DNA from: a virus
Length of the DNA: 64,000 nucleotides
Virus record (IMG/VR): IMGVR_UViG_3300035703_000033
Coordinates: 1-64,000 of that record
Strand: one strand, 5' to 3'
Shown: positions 32,707 to 43,481 of the stretch, piece after piece
Numbering within the stretch: the first letter of the stretch is position 1
How the letters are laid out: each line of letters starts with the position of its first letter
Notes under the pieces: generated by a model
The model's input: the letters and a program-made list of their open reading frames with translations, nothing else
Told to the model about the DNA's origin: nothing
The model's database searches: none
Program-made: the position numbers and the translations under genes

Positions 32707-33774
32707 ATGGCAAGAAAATTTTTGGTAAGCGTCGACCTAAATAAAAATGAACTTCTCAATGCCAGAATTCAGAATTTAGGTAGTGCCCCATCCAGCCCAG
32801 TAACTGGTCAAATTTATTACAATACTGGAGATAATACACTTTACTTCTGGAATGGATCAGACTGGATTCCAACATCTGGTTCTCAAGAAGTAATTCAAGA
32901 TTTAATAGGCTCTTCTATAGAGGGTGGAACTGGGTTAACAAAAACCTATAATGATTCCACTGGAGTAACAACTTTAGATTTAGACAATACTGCAGTAACC
33001 CCAGGAAGTTATGGATCTTCAAATGCAATTCCAACATTTACCGTTGACGCACAGGGTAGATTAACTTCTGCAGGAGAGACAGATCTTCCAGATCCAGTAA
33101 TAACACTCTCTGGAGATGTAACTGGTTCTGCTACGATGACAGATCTTGGCGATGTTACTATAACAACTACCATACAGCCAAATTCTGTTGCGCTAGGTAC
33201 AGATACTACAGGAAATTACATTGCAACAATTTCTGGAACAGCAAATGAAATTGTTGTAAGCGGTTCTGGCTCTGAATCAGCTGCAGTTACAATTGGACTT
33301 CCAGATGACGTAGAGATAGCTGGCAATTTAACTGTAAATGGAAATTTAGATGTAGCAGGCTCAATTAATTCAGTAAATACAACAGAAGTCAATATACTTG
33401 ATAATAAGGTTGTATTGAATTCAAATGTAACTGGAGCTCCATCAGCTAATGCTGGATTAAAAGTAGAACGTGGAACATCTTCTGATGTTGAGTTATTATG
33501 GAATGAGACAGCAGATCAGTGGCAATTAACAAATGATGGAACCAACTATCATGAGGTTACTAGAAAGTATAAGCAAACACTTTCTACTTCTGCAACATCT
33601 TATACTGTCACACATAATTTAAATACTCAAGATGTTGTGGTTCAAATTTATGAAGTTGCTTCACCTTATCAGCAGGTATTTACAGATGTTGAGCATACAA
33701 GTGCAAATGTTGTAACAATCAAGTTTGCCGCAGCACCAACAGCTGGAGAATATAGAGTAGTAGTAATAGGATAA
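32707..33774 (+). CDS. tail fibre/structural protein
   Basis: Fibre motifs GQIYYNT, TPGSYG...TVDAQGR, ERGT, VTHNLNT. Confidence 0.8.
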   Translation: MARKFLVSVDLNKNELLNARIQNLGSAPSSPVTGQIYYNTGDNTLYFWNGSDWIPTSGSQEVIQDLIGSSIEGGTGLTKTYNDSTGVTTLDLDNTAVTPGSYGSSNAIPTFTVDAQGRLTSAGETDLPDPVITLSGDVTGSATMTDLGDVTITTTIQPNSVALGTDTTGNYIATISGTANEIVVSGSGSESAAVTIGLPDDVEIAGNLTVNGNLDVAGSINSVNTTEVNILDNKVVLNSNVTGAPSANAGLKVERGTSSDVELLWNETADQWQLTNDGTNYHEVTRKYKQTLSTSATSYTVTHNLNTQDVVVQIYEVASPYQQVFTDVEHTSANVVTIKFAAAPTAGEYRVVVIG

Positions 33775-33781
33775 AATAATA

Positions 33782-34156
33782 ATGGCCAAGTTTAAATCAT
33801 TATTAAATTTAGTAACACTCCAAGCAGATCCAAATTCTGGTTCTGCTGGAGATGTTTACTTTAATACTGTATCAAAAAATTTAAAGATACATAATGGTTT
33901 ATCTTGGGTTGACTTAACACCAGGTTCTTCCGATCCAGCTCCTTTTTATATGCATACACATACTTATGATGGAGATGTTCATACCATTACAATTGATAAC
34001 ATGGTAACTTTTGATGATGACATTAACAATATTGCATCAACAGAAGAACAAATTCCTGCTATAATTGGATTTGACGGCGGAAGTCCAAATTCAATATATG
34101 ACAATGTATCTTATAAAGAACTAACATTGTTAGACGGAGGCGAAATTGGCAACTAA
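33782..34156 (+). CDS. virion structural protein
   Basis: GDVYFNT...IHNG.SW; DGG motifs. Confidence 0.7.
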   Translation: MAKFKSLLNLVTLQADPNSGSAGDVYFNTVSKNLKIHNGLSWVDLTPGSSDPAPFYMHTHTYDGDVHTITIDNMVTFDDDINNIASTEEQIPAIIGFDGGSPNSIYDNVSYKELTLLDGGEIGN

Positions 34157-35240
34157 TTTCCCAGAAGAATTAGACAATTTATCTAATCCATCATCTACAG
34201 ATTCAATGCAGGGACATGCAGACCTTCACACAAATGTAAATGACGCTTTAGAGGCATTACAAACAAAAGTAGGTATAGACGGTTCAACAGACGCAACCTC
34301 TCTAGATTATAGAGTAACAGCGCTTGAGGTTGCTCCTCCAAGCACAGAAGCAAAGCTAATATATGAAACAGTAAGTAACAATACTGGTAGCGAAATAGCT
34401 AAAGGTAAAGCTGTTTACGTTAGCGGAGCAGTTGGCGCATCTGGTAAATTAAGAGTATCATTAGCATCTAATGCAGCAGAATCAACATCAACAAAAACTT
34501 TTGGAATAACTAGAGCTGCAATTGCAAATGGCTCTGAAGGAGAAGTTGTTTCAGAAGGATTGCTTCAAGGTATTAATACTGTTGGAGCAAATGACGGTGA
34601 TCCAGTCTGGCTTGGAACAGGCGGAAGCCTATTATTTGGTTTAGCAAATAAGCCATCAGCTCCATCGCACCTAGTATTTCTTGGTATAGTAATTAGAGGC
34701 GGTCAATCAAACACTGGCTCTATGTTTGTAAAAGTTCAAAATGGTTTTGAGCTAGAAGAACTTCATAATATACAATTAACAAACGTTCAAGACGGAGATG
34801 TATTAAAATATGATTCGTCATTGGGCTTATGGATAAACTCAAATGAGTTTGCAACAACATCTTATGTAGATGATGCAATATCTACTATTGGAAACTCAGT
34901 AGATTCAGTCACTACATTACTTGGTTTAGAGGGTAATAATGACCTGGTGATTTCTGGAATAGAAAATCAAACCCAAGTAGATCAGTTTGCTATATCAGAT
35001 TATAGAACAGTTAAATATCATCTACAGATATCAAGGGGAACAGATTTTTATGTTTCTGACTTTTTGTTGTTAGCAGATGGTACCAATATAAATGTAGTAG
35101 AATCAAATGTAATATCAAACACTTCAAATGCTCTTGCAAATATTAGTTTTGAAGAAAATTCAGGTATAATTAGTCTATATGTGACACCTACTGGATCTGC
35201 TGTAACAGCAAGATTTGTTAGAACGTCATTAAAGGCTTAA
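34146..35240 (+). CDS. tail fibre/structural protein
   Basis: MATNFP..LD, VQNGFELEELH, YRTVKY C-terminal domain. Confidence 0.75.
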   Translation: MATNFPEELDNLSNPSSTDSMQGHADLHTNVNDALEALQTKVGIDGSTDATSLDYRVTALEVAPPSTEAKLIYETVSNNTGSEIAKGKAVYVSGAVGASGKLRVSLASNAAESTSTKTFGITRAAIANGSEGEVVSEGLLQGINTVGANDGDPVWLGTGGSLLFGLANKPSAPSHLVFLGIVIRGGQSNTGSMFVKVQNGFELEELHNIQLTNVQDGDVLKYDSSLGLWINSNEFATTSYVDDAISTIGNSVDSVTTLLGLEGNNDLVISGIENQTQVDQFAISDYRTVKYHLQISRGTDFYVSDFLLLADGTNINVVESNVISNTSNALANISFEENSGIISLYVTPTGSAVTARFVRTSLKA

Positions 35241-35255
35241 TAAGGGGGTTGCAAT

Positions 35256-36800
35256 ATGGCAACAGTAAACAAAAACTTTAGAATTAAAAATGGTTTGGTT
35301 GTTGAGGGATCAACAGCTACCGTAAACGGCGAGGATATCTTAACCAGATCCCAAGCCGATCAATCTTATATAGTCAATTTAATTGGCGGTACAGCAACTT
35401 CACAAAATACACCAGATACTGTTGTTAAAAGAGACGGATCTGGCAACTTTGCTGCAGGAACAATTACAGCAAACCTTACAGGTGATGTAACTGGTACAGT
35501 TTCAAGCATTTCTAACCACGATTCAGATGATTTATCAGAAGGTTCTTTAAACCTATATTTCACAGATGCTCGTGCAAGAGCTGCTCTATCAAGCGGAACA
35601 GGTATAGATTATAACTCATCAACAGGTGTAATAGCTGTTGATAACACAATTGCGACAAAGACATACGCAGATAATGCAGCAGAGTCAGCAGTAAATGCTC
35701 TCGATACAGATGATATCGAAGAGGGAGCATCTAATTTATACTTTACAAATCAGAGAGCGCTTGATGCAACAGCGGCTGCTTATGACGCAGCAGGTTCTGC
35801 TTCAACAGCACAGACTGCAGCACAAGGCTATACAGATTCTCAGCTAGAAGATTATACAACAACAGCACAGCTAGATACAGTTATTGATAATCTAGGATAT
35901 TTAAAGTCAGCAGACCTTACAGGATATGCAACAGAAGGATATGCCGATGGCGCAGCATCTAATGCACAATCAGCAGCAGAAGCAAATGCATCTACATATA
36001 CAGATAATGCCATAAATGCTTTAGATACAGACGATATTGAAGAGGGTACAGTAAATAAGTACTACACAGACACTAGAGTTTTATCATGGCTTTCTGATAA
36101 AGGTGGAACTGGAATTGATATTGACTCTGTAAGTGGTCAAATATCTATAGATAATACAGTTGCAACAACATCTTATGTCGATACAGCAATTAATAATCTT
36201 GTTGATGGAGCTCCAGGACTCCTAGATACTCTAAATGAGATTGCAGCAGCAATTAATGATGATGCAAATTACTTTACAACAGTAACAAATGCAATTAATG
36301 CTAAGCAGAACAACTTAACAGCTGGCGCAAATATTGATATCACAAACGATACAATATCTGTAACTGGTTTAGATACAGATGACGTTGCAGAAGGCACAAA
36401 CCTATATTTCACAGATGCCCGTGCTCGTGATGCAGTAGATGGAACAGACCGCTCATTTACATCTGTAGCAATTAATGAAGTTTCAAAGGAAGTTGCTGCA
36501 ACTACTGGTAATATTGCAACAGCAGCAGCCACAACAGCATATTCTTGGCTAAAGACAGATTATAGAAGCGCCAAGTTTATGGTTAAAATTAAGAATGGCA
36601 CACATACAGAGGTTTCTGAAATTCTCGTAACTCTTGATACTTCTGATAATGTTTATCTAACAGAATACGGAATGTCTTCAACTAGCGGAACATCTCTTGG
36701 AACAATTTCAGCAGATGTCAGCTCAAATGATGTAAGAATCCGTGTAACACCAGCAAACAACAACTCAGAAGTTATTGTAGCTGGAACACTATTAATATAA
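35256..36800 (+). CDS. tail fibre protein with TDD..EG..NLYFT repeats
   Basis: Four (T/S)DD.(E)EG..N.Y(F/Y)T repeats; AP..LDTLNEIA motif; YRSAKF C-terminal domain. Confidence 0.85.
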   Translation: MATVNKNFRIKNGLVVEGSTATVNGEDILTRSQADQSYIVNLIGGTATSQNTPDTVVKRDGSGNFAAGTITANLTGDVTGTVSSISNHDSDDLSEGSLNLYFTDARARAALSSGTGIDYNSSTGVIAVDNTIATKTYADNAAESAVNALDTDDIEEGASNLYFTNQRALDATAAAYDAAGSASTAQTAAQGYTDSQLEDYTTTAQLDTVIDNLGYLKSADLTGYATEGYADGAASNAQSAAEANASTYTDNAINALDTDDIEEGTVNKYYTDTRVLSWLSDKGGTGIDIDSVSGQISIDNTVATTSYVDTAINNLVDGAPGLLDTLNEIAAAINDDANYFTTVTNAINAKQNNLTAGANIDITNDTISVTGLDTDDVAEGTNLYFTDARARDAVDGTDRSFTSVAINEVSKEVAATTGNIATAAATTAYSWLKTDYRSAKFMVKIKNGTHTEVSEILVTLDTSDNVYLTEYGMSSTSGTSLGTISADVSSNDVRIRVTPANNNSEVIVAGTLLI

Positions 36801-36865
36801 TTAAATAAAAGGCTAGGGGAGAGCCAGAAATCTCCCCAAAATCAAATTCGGGGGATAGGGAACTC

Positions 36866-37204
36866 GTGACAACAAACAATAAAGATTTTAAAGTTAAGAA
36901 TGGCCTTGTAGTTGAGGGTAATCAAATAACACTAGGAGATACTCCAGTGGCCTTCAATACCTCCACAAGCAAATTAGAGATTTATATAAATGGCGCTTGG
37001 CAGCCAATAGCATTTACTTCAGATATTCCAGATGTACCAGAAATTACATTTATGGATATTGGATTAGCTATTGACTATAATGGTGATCCAATATATACAG
37101 TTCAGGCTAACGGTGTAGTAACCTCAGCCACAAAATTCGCAGATGGGGGAACTCCATCAACATCTTCTTTTGGTATGACCTTTGACTCAGGTTCTATCAA
37201 TTAA
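36866..37204 (+). CDS. virion structural protein
   Basis: KDFKVKNGL N-terminus shared with 35256 gene. Confidence 0.7.
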   Translation: MTTNNKDFKVKNGLVVEGNQITLGDTPVAFNTSTSKLEIYINGAWQPIAFTSDIPDVPEITFMDIGLAIDYNGDPIYTVQANGVVTSATKFADGGTPSTSSFGMTFDSGSIN

Positions 37205-37234
37205 GAAGACAAAATGATATAATAAGGAGTAATT

Positions 37235-39598
37235 ATGGCAACAGTAAGAATTCAACTAAGAAGAGGCACAGCCGCTGAATGGACAGCCACAAACCCTGTC
37301 TTGGCCGCTGGCGAAATGGGTCTGGAGACAGACACTGGCGATTTTAAATTTGGTAATGGTACAGACACATGGAGCAACCTTGCATATTCATTAGGTAATG
37401 CAATAGATGACTACATTCCTTTATCTGAAAAGGGTGTAGCTGACGGAGTTGCTACCCTAGATTCATCAGGTTTAGTACCACTAGCACAGCTTCCAGGGGC
37501 AGCAGCTTTGGATGCAGAGGTAAGCTCAGCAATTTCTGATCATAATTCAGATACCACAAATGTACATGGTATAGCTGACACATCGATATTAGTAACAACA
37601 TCAGGAACACAAACATTAACTTCAAAGAGCTTAACTTCACCAGCTCTTACTGGAACACCTACCGCTCCAACAGCAGTAGTAGGAACAGATACAACTCAAA
37701 TTGCTACAACTGCATTCGTACAAGATGCAATCGAAGCAGTTGTAGGTGCAGCTCCAGCAGCATTAGATACATTGGCTGAAATTGCAACATCTTTAAATGA
37801 TGATGCGGATTTGGCTGGAACATTAACAACATCAATTTCAGAGAAGGTAGCCAAGTCTGGCGATACAATGTCTGGAGCTCTTGATATGGGGTCTAACAAG
37901 GTTACAAATCTTGCAAGTCCTACAACAATTTATGATGCAGCAAATAAGTTTTATGTAGATTCTAGATCAGCAGCAGATGTCGGAGGACACGCAAGCACCA
38001 CAACAAATGTTCATGGAATCGCAGATACTACACAATTAGTAGTGCAGTCTGATGAAAGATTAACAAACGAAAGATATCCTGTTCCTTTATCTGTTACAGA
38101 AGGCAAGATTGCTAATGCTGCTGTTACAGAATCAAAGATTGCAGATAGCTCAGTATCTAATTCAAAGCTTGCAGATGGATCAGTTACTACTGTAAAGATT
38201 GCAGATGATTCTGTTAGCACAGCAAAAATTGCTGATAATGCAATTTCTACAGATAAAATTGCTGATGCTGCTATAACAAATGCTAAAATAGCAGGAAACT
38301 CTATAACTGCTTCTTTAATGCAGGACAATTCAATAGATACAGCTGCAATAGTTGACAGTGCTGTAACTTCAGCTAAAATTGCAATTTCAGCAGTTGAGGA
38401 ATCAAAAATTGCAGATGATGCAGTTTCTACTTCTAAGATTCTTAATTTAGCTGTCACAGAAGATAAAATTAACACATCAGCTGTTACAGAAGGCAAGATT
38501 GCTAATGCTGCTGTTACAGAAAATAAAATCGCAGATGGTTCTGTAACTTCAGCTAAGATTGCAAATGGATCTATAGTTAATGAAGATATTTCAACTACTG
38601 CAGCAATTGCTCAGTCTAAAATTGCAGATTTAACAACAGATCTTGCAGCCAAAGCACTTGATTCAGATCTTGATGCACATATAAATGCAACTACTTCGGT
38701 ACATGGAATTGCAGACACATCTGTGCTTGCAACAGATTCTGATGTAAGTGCTGCACAGACAGCTGCAGAGGCGCATGCAGATTCTGCAGTATCTACACAC
38801 AATTCTGATACAACTTCTGTACATGGAATTTCTGATACTTCTCAGCTAGCATATAAGAATGCTGCAAATCAGACATTTACAGGAAATATGGAAGTTGATG
38901 GAAATCTTGTAGTAGATGGAGACTTTACTGTAAATGGAACAAACTTCTCTGCTTCAGCAACATCAATTGTCATCGAGGACAACATGGTTCAGCTTGCACA
39001 TCAAAATGCTGCAAATACAGTAGACCTTGGTCTTGTAGTTGCATATAATGATGGTTCAGCAAAGCACTCTGGTATTGTAAGAGATGTTTCTGCAGATAAG
39101 TGGAAGCTATTTAAGGGTGTAACAACAGAGCCAACAACCACAGTTGACTTTACACAGGGATCCCTAGATGATCTTCAGGTGAAGAACCTAGATGCTGTTG
39201 CAATTACAGCTACTGGAGCAATTACAGCATCTTCTTCTGGAGTAGTCTTTACAGATGGCACTCAGACAAAAGCTGGAGTTCCGTCTATCACACCAATTGC
39301 AGAAAAGACTGCAAACTATACACTTTCAAGCTTAACAGAAAGAGATACTCTTATTGAGGTAAATCATACAGGAGGAACTGCAGTTACAATTACTGTACCT
39401 TCAGATGCTACTGTAAACTTCCCAGTAGGAACATCAATCGATATTTTAAGAACAAATACTGGAGAAGTAACAATTGCTGGCTCAGGCGCTACAGTGAATG
39501 CTACACCAGGATTAAAGTTAAGAGCTCAGTGGTCAAGCGCAACTCTATTTAAGAGAGCGGCAAACACATGGGTACTATTCGGAGACCTAAAGGCATAA
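37235..39598 (+). CDS. long tail fibre with Mtd-N-like head and 10-aa VTxxKIAxxA repeats
   Basis: IQLRRGTAAEW...NPVLAAGE.G.ETDT; 10-aa repeats; LRAQWSSATL...W...GDL C-terminus. Confidence 0.85.
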   Translation: MATVRIQLRRGTAAEWTATNPVLAAGEMGLETDTGDFKFGNGTDTWSNLAYSLGNAIDDYIPLSEKGVADGVATLDSSGLVPLAQLPGAAALDAEVSSAISDHNSDTTNVHGIADTSILVTTSGTQTLTSKSLTSPALTGTPTAPTAVVGTDTTQIATTAFVQDAIEAVVGAAPAALDTLAEIATSLNDDADLAGTLTTSISEKVAKSGDTMSGALDMGSNKVTNLASPTTIYDAANKFYVDSRSAADVGGHASTTTNVHGIADTTQLVVQSDERLTNERYPVPLSVTEGKIANAAVTESKIADSSVSNSKLADGSVTTVKIADDSVSTAKIADNAISTDKIADAAITNAKIAGNSITASLMQDNSIDTAAIVDSAVTSAKIAISAVEESKIADDAVSTSKILNLAVTEDKINTSAVTEGKIANAAVTENKIADGSVTSAKIANGSIVNEDISTTAAIAQSKIADLTTDLAAKALDSDLDAHINATTSVHGIADTSVLATDSDVSAAQTAAEAHADSAVSTHNSDTTSVHGISDTSQLAYKNAANQTFTGNMEVDGNLVVDGDFTVNGTNFSASATSIVIEDNMVQLAHQNAANTVDLGLVVAYNDGSAKHSGIVRDVSADKWKLFKGVTTEPTTTVDFTQGSLDDLQVKNLDAVAITATGAITASSSGVVFTDGTQTKAGVPSITPIAEKTANYTLSSLTERDTLIEVNHTGGTAVTITVPSDATVNFPVGTSIDILRTNTGEVTIAGSGATVNATPGLKLRAQWSSATLFKRAANTWVLFGDLKA

Positions 39599-39608
39599 GG
39601 AGCAAATA

Positions 39609-40946
39609 ATGGCAATTAATAAAAGATCAGGAACAGGTTCTTCCGCACAGGATAACTTTATCGGACCAAATCCAGTTACTGGATTAACAGCAACAGATGT
39701 TGGTTCTGGAAGAGCATACAACGATGGTAGAATTGATTTGTCTTGGACAAACCCGTCTACTGGAAATACTCCAACAGGGTATAGAATTATTCGTGGTGGA
39801 ACTGAAATAGCAACAGTAGCTCATCCTAATAATACATACTCAAATACTGGGCTTTCTTCAGCCACTTCATATTCGTATGTAGTTCGTGCATATGATGATT
39901 ATGCTACAGCAGCAGATTCAAATACTGCTAGTGCTACAGCAACAACAGTTCCAGCTACAATGAGTGCTCCAAGTGCTACAGCTGGAGTTGATAAGGACAC
40001 ATTGTCTTGGACAGCACCAGCAAATGGTGGTTCAGCAATTACACTATATAGATGGACATCAAGCGACGGAAAGACTGGAACATCTACTGGAACATCAGTT
40101 GATATTTCTCAAGAAGCAAACACTGCACAAACATATCAAGTTAGAGCAGAGAATGCTAACGGAGCAGGAGTGTATTCTGGAAATTCAAATCAGGTTACAA
40201 CCCAGGCCCCAAGCTTCTTCGGTCCTCCAAGCTTCTTCGCCCCTCCAGGGTTCTTTGCCCCTCCAGGGTTCTTCGCCCCTCCAGGGTTCTTCGCCCCTCC
40301 AGGGTTCTTTGCCCCTCCAGGGTTCTTCGCCCCTCCAGGGTTCTTCGCCCCTCCAGGGTTCTTCGCCCCTCCAGGGTTCTTTTCTCCACCAAGCTTTTGG
40401 AAGTCTGTTGGAATTAACACTTTGATTAGAACACCTGGCGGAATGGTTTCTGCAGGACAGTTGGAAATTGGAGATGAGGTAATTGGTTTACGTATACCAG
40501 GTATACCAGATAACTATTGGTTACTTGATGACGGTTCATATGGCTCATACTCAGATTTTGTAATATCAGAAGAGCAATTAAATAATGCAGAAGAGACAAT
40601 TGTAACTGTTACAGGTAAGAGACTTCATGAGAATGCTGGAGCTGCAGCTGTTAATGGTGATATTTATACTATTAACCACTACATTCTAGCCAAGAGAAAT
40701 GGTGAAATTAAGTCTTTGAATGTTAAGGATTTATTGTCAGATGATCTTATATATAACTATCAGACAAAAGATTTTGTTCCAATAGAATCTCTTGAGATAA
40801 ATGAAGAAATTACAATTCAATCATATTCTATAAACGTAGAGCCATGGGACTTCTACTTTACAGAAAACGGTTTAACCTTTGATATGCAGGCGCTATCAGA
40901 GTCTCTGTCTGGATCTGATGATCCAGATGGTTCTGGCCCCCTATAA
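39609..40946 (+). CDS. FN3-domain protein with (FFAPPG)n repeat and C-terminal Hint-like domain
   Basis: Two FN3-like units (LSWTNP...Y.VRA; LSWTAPANGGSAIT...VRAENANG); 10 hexapeptides; Hint blocks SVGINTLIRTPGG...LEIGDEV, TINH, SINVEP.D.YF. Confidence 0.85.
   Translation: MAINKRSGTGSSAQDNFIGPNPVTGLTATDVGSGRAYNDGRIDLSWTNPSTGNTPTGYRIIRGGTEIATVAHPNNTYSNTGLSSATSYSYVVRAYDDYATAADSNTASATATTVPATMSAPSATAGVDKDTLSWTAPANGGSAITLYRWTSSDGKTGTSTGTSVDISQEANTAQTYQVRAENANGAGVYSGNSNQVTTQAPSFFGPPSFFAPPGFFAPPGFFAPPGFFAPPGFFAPPGFFAPPGFFAPPGFFAPPGFFSPPSFWKSVGINTLIRTPGGMVSAGQLEIGDEVIGLRIPGIPDNYWLLDDGSYGSYSDFVISEEQLNNAEETIVTVTGKRLHENAGAAAVNGDIYTINHYILAKRNGEIKSLNVKDLLSDDLIYNYQTKDFVPIESLEINEEITIQSYSINVEPWDFYFTENGLTFDMQALSESLSGSDDPDGSGPL
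40215..40394 (+). repeat. 18-bp tandem repeat x10 encoding FFGPPS-(FFAPPG)8-FFSPPS
   Basis: TTCTTYGCCCCTCCAGGG units directly visible. Confidence 0.97.
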
Positions 40947-40953
40947 AATATAG

Positions 40954-41493
40954 GTGAAATTTAAAGTAACAAGTACTGGTCAGGAGATAGAGAAATCTAT
41001 CTCCTATCAGTCTTTCCCAGAAGAGTTATATAATGAGGGTATATGGGGTCATTTTGCATTTATAGAAGATAAAGAAATGAATATTCGTGTTATATGTTCT
41101 GCTTATAACAATGATAGATATTCTCCAGGTACTGTTGTCGTATCGAATAAAATATTTAATGATTTTCCAATTGCTCAAAGTGCATGGAATATAAGTAATA
41201 AAATTAGTAGAATGTATGTTGATCCGTTTTATAGAAATAAAAAGGTTGCAACTTATAGTGTTATAACAAATGATATGTTAGCTAGAAAAATGGGTTATGA
41301 AATATGGTCTAATATATACGGAGAAAAAGGCGGTACTATAGCAGGCGACCAACTTTATAATAAAATATACGATTTAGGTTTTGAGGTAAAGAAAGCACAG
41401 ATAGACCTAAACGATATTTTTCAATATAGAAATTTTTCACACCCAATACATTACATAGATAAGAGACCAGTTTATGATGAATCAAGTCTATAG
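40954..41493 (+). CDS. GNAT-like acetyltransferase
   Basis: RMYVDPFYRNKKVAT resembles GNAT motif A; T.AG..L. Confidence 0.6.
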   Translation: MKFKVTSTGQEIEKSISYQSFPEELYNEGIWGHFAFIEDKEMNIRVICSAYNNDRYSPGTVVVSNKIFNDFPIAQSAWNISNKISRMYVDPFYRNKKVATYSVITNDMLARKMGYEIWSNIYGEKGGTIAGDQLYNKIYDLGFEVKKAQIDLNDIFQYRNFSHPIHYIDKRPVYDESSL

Positions 41494-42049
41494 CAAAACC
41501 AAATTTTTAAAGAAAGAAGTCAATTTTGACTTTGATATAAAAAATATAAAAGATATGTCTTTTAAAAAAGATGAGTTATTTTTTGTTGATAATGGAAATC
41601 TTAATAAAAATAACGAAATTGTTTATAAATCAAAAAATATATTTACTATATACAGCAGAGACATCCACAGCCTATATAAAAGTATATCTAGTCTATTAGA
41701 TGAATCTTGTGATTTATATGAAATAAAAAAAGATATACAGAACTATATGATTTATGGCAAAATTTCAGAGTATGGTGAACATAATAGAGGAATATGGTAT
41801 GATTTTCCAGGAATAAATATTCCATACTTACACGGGTTTTTCTTCTTTGACTCCAGCTATGAGGTTAACTTTAAAAATCAAAATAATTTAGTTAAAGAAT
41901 TAATAAATACCAATACAATTATTATCAATAAGCCGACAGATTTAATAAACATTAAATCAGAAAAAGAGTCAGAGGTAATTGAATTCTATATAGTCCCTAT
42001 TGATATGTTAAAACATAATGAACCAGGCGTATGGGTTCCAATATTATAA
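41474..42049 (+). CDS. hypothetical protein, possible degenerate DSBH/2OG fold
   Basis: LHGFFFFD spacing similar to 2OG oxygenases but no HxD. Confidence 0.6.
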   Translation: MMNQVYSKTKFLKKEVNFDFDIKNIKDMSFKKDELFFVDNGNLNKNNEIVYKSKNIFTIYSRDIHSLYKSISSLLDESCDLYEIKKDIQNYMIYGKISEYGEHNRGIWYDFPGINIPYLHGFFFFDSSYEVNFKNQNNLVKELINTNTIIINKPTDLINIKSEKESEVIEFYIVPIDMLKHNEPGVWVPIL

Positions 42050-42084
42050 AACAAATGATATAATCATATCCAAGAGAAAGAGGC

Positions 42085-42786
42085 GTGATGTTAGAAAATG
42101 CAGAGTACCTAGCAACTGGAATAGTTGTATATAGAGATGTTTTTAAAAAGGAACATAACTATGTAGAGAGATTAGAAAAGGCTTTAGGGTCAGTAGAAGA
42201 AAATAGATACGGTTGGAAGCCAGGGTATACTGGCTACGGAGCAAAAAATCTTAATTATAGAGATTGTTTTGATTTTAAGATTAAGCATAATGAAGACGGC
42301 TCTCTAAGCGCACATATGGACTGTATTAAAAAAGAAGATCAAAACGAAACAGACAAAGATTTAATTAGAATTTGGGATGATGCATATTATGCACAGGTTC
42401 CACCAGTTGACGACTATAGAAGTATGTTTAGCCTGGCACCATTAAAATATTGGGAATCTTTTAATTTTATTAAGTATGGACCAGGACAGCATTTCCAGGT
42501 ACATTCAGATCATGGATATTCTTATACGTGTGTTCTTTCTTCAGTTGGGTATTTAAATGATGATTATGAAGGCGGAGAGCTTTATTTTGATAAGCTTAAC
42601 CTAAAGATTAAGCCAAAAGCAGGAGATCTTTATCTATTCCCATCTTCATATGTATACTCTCATGCTGCAATGCCAGTCACCTCTGGTACTAAGTACTCTA
42701 TAGTTACAATGTTAGATTATTTAGAAACAGCACATACTCCAGAATATAGAAACCTGGAAGCAAGATACTCTAAAAGCCTTCTTTAA
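42085..42786 (+). CDS. 2OG-Fe(II) oxygenase, P4H-like
   Basis: HSD...YLNDDYEGGEL...PKAGD...H...K. Confidence 0.92.
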   Translation: MMLENAEYLATGIVVYRDVFKKEHNYVERLEKALGSVEENRYGWKPGYTGYGAKNLNYRDCFDFKIKHNEDGSLSAHMDCIKKEDQNETDKDLIRIWDDAYYAQVPPVDDYRSMFSLAPLKYWESFNFIKYGPGQHFQVHSDHGYSYTCVLSSVGYLNDDYEGGELYFDKLNLKIKPKAGDLYLFPSSYVYSHAAMPVTSGTKYSIVTMLDYLETAHTPEYRNLEARYSKSLL

Positions 42787-43481
42787 TGTATTCTATAACA
42801 GCCTATAATATAGGAGGTTTAGCTACCATTAGTCAGTCTCCAGTAAAAAGAGATTGGATGGAAGATACATATGATAAGCATGCCTATAATTGTTTCCCAG
42901 TAACAATTACAAATTCATTAGGGTGGAGCATATCTTTTCCAGAAGAAATTTCTTTTATTTGGGATGGCATATCAGATAGTTCAGCAGACCACGTTAAAGT
43001 TTTAAGTGGAGAAAAGTATGTTTCAACTAGAAGAGCTAATGGAACCATAAGCTTTAATTCTGGATTTGGTTTTAAAACACAAAATGACTTAAGCTTGTTA
43101 TGCATGCCAACACCAAACCAGTTTATAAGGGGTGCTCAATGTTTTACTACTTTAATATCAACATCTTTTTTTAATGGAGACTTCCCTATAGTTTGGAAAA
43201 TTACTGAGCCTATGATAAAAATAGTAATTCCTGCAAACACGCCAGTTGCTAATATTATTCCTATATCTTTAACAGAATTACAAAATTCTGAAATAAATTT
43301 TGAACCAGTAAGCAATATGCCATCCAGTAAATGTCCACCAGAATTTGCTATAAAAGCTGTTGAGAAAGCATACCAGACTGGCGGATGGACAAATTTTTAT
43401 AGAGATGCAGTAGATGCATGCGGGAACAGTATTGGGTCGCATGAAATAAAATCAATAAGATTGAAGGTAAATAATGCCTAA
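42786..43481 (+). CDS. DUF6065-like protein
   Basis: RDWM...AY.C.PV...N..GW; WK.T; P..TPV..IIP. Confidence 0.7.
   Translation: MYSITAYNIGGLATISQSPVKRDWMEDTYDKHAYNCFPVTITNSLGWSISFPEEISFIWDGISDSSADHVKVLSGEKYVSTRRANGTISFNSGFGFKTQNDLSLLCMPTPNQFIRGAQCFTTLISTSFFNGDFPIVWKITEPMIKIVIPANTPVANIIPISLTELQNSEINFEPVSNMPSSKCPPEFAIKAVEKAYQTGGWTNFYRDAVDACGNSIGSHEIKSIRLKVNNA

Noticed and set aside
37235-39598. Diversity-generating retroelement suggested by the Mtd-N-like domain
   Set aside because: No reverse transcriptase and no TR/VR pair noticed in the window; Mtd-N is a common fibre anchor.
40190-40425. 18-bp repeat as a CRISPR array, or alternative-frame ORFs (39964 +, 40190 -, 40195 -) as genes
   Set aside because: Tandem units without spacers and no cas genes; variation within the eight core units is synonymous in the FFAPPG frame (TTC/TTT); the other frames are shadows of the repeat.
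40404-40946. Classical splicing intein or homing element
   Set aside because: No terminal His-Asn plus nucleophile, no endonuclease domain, and no conserved host protein flanking it.
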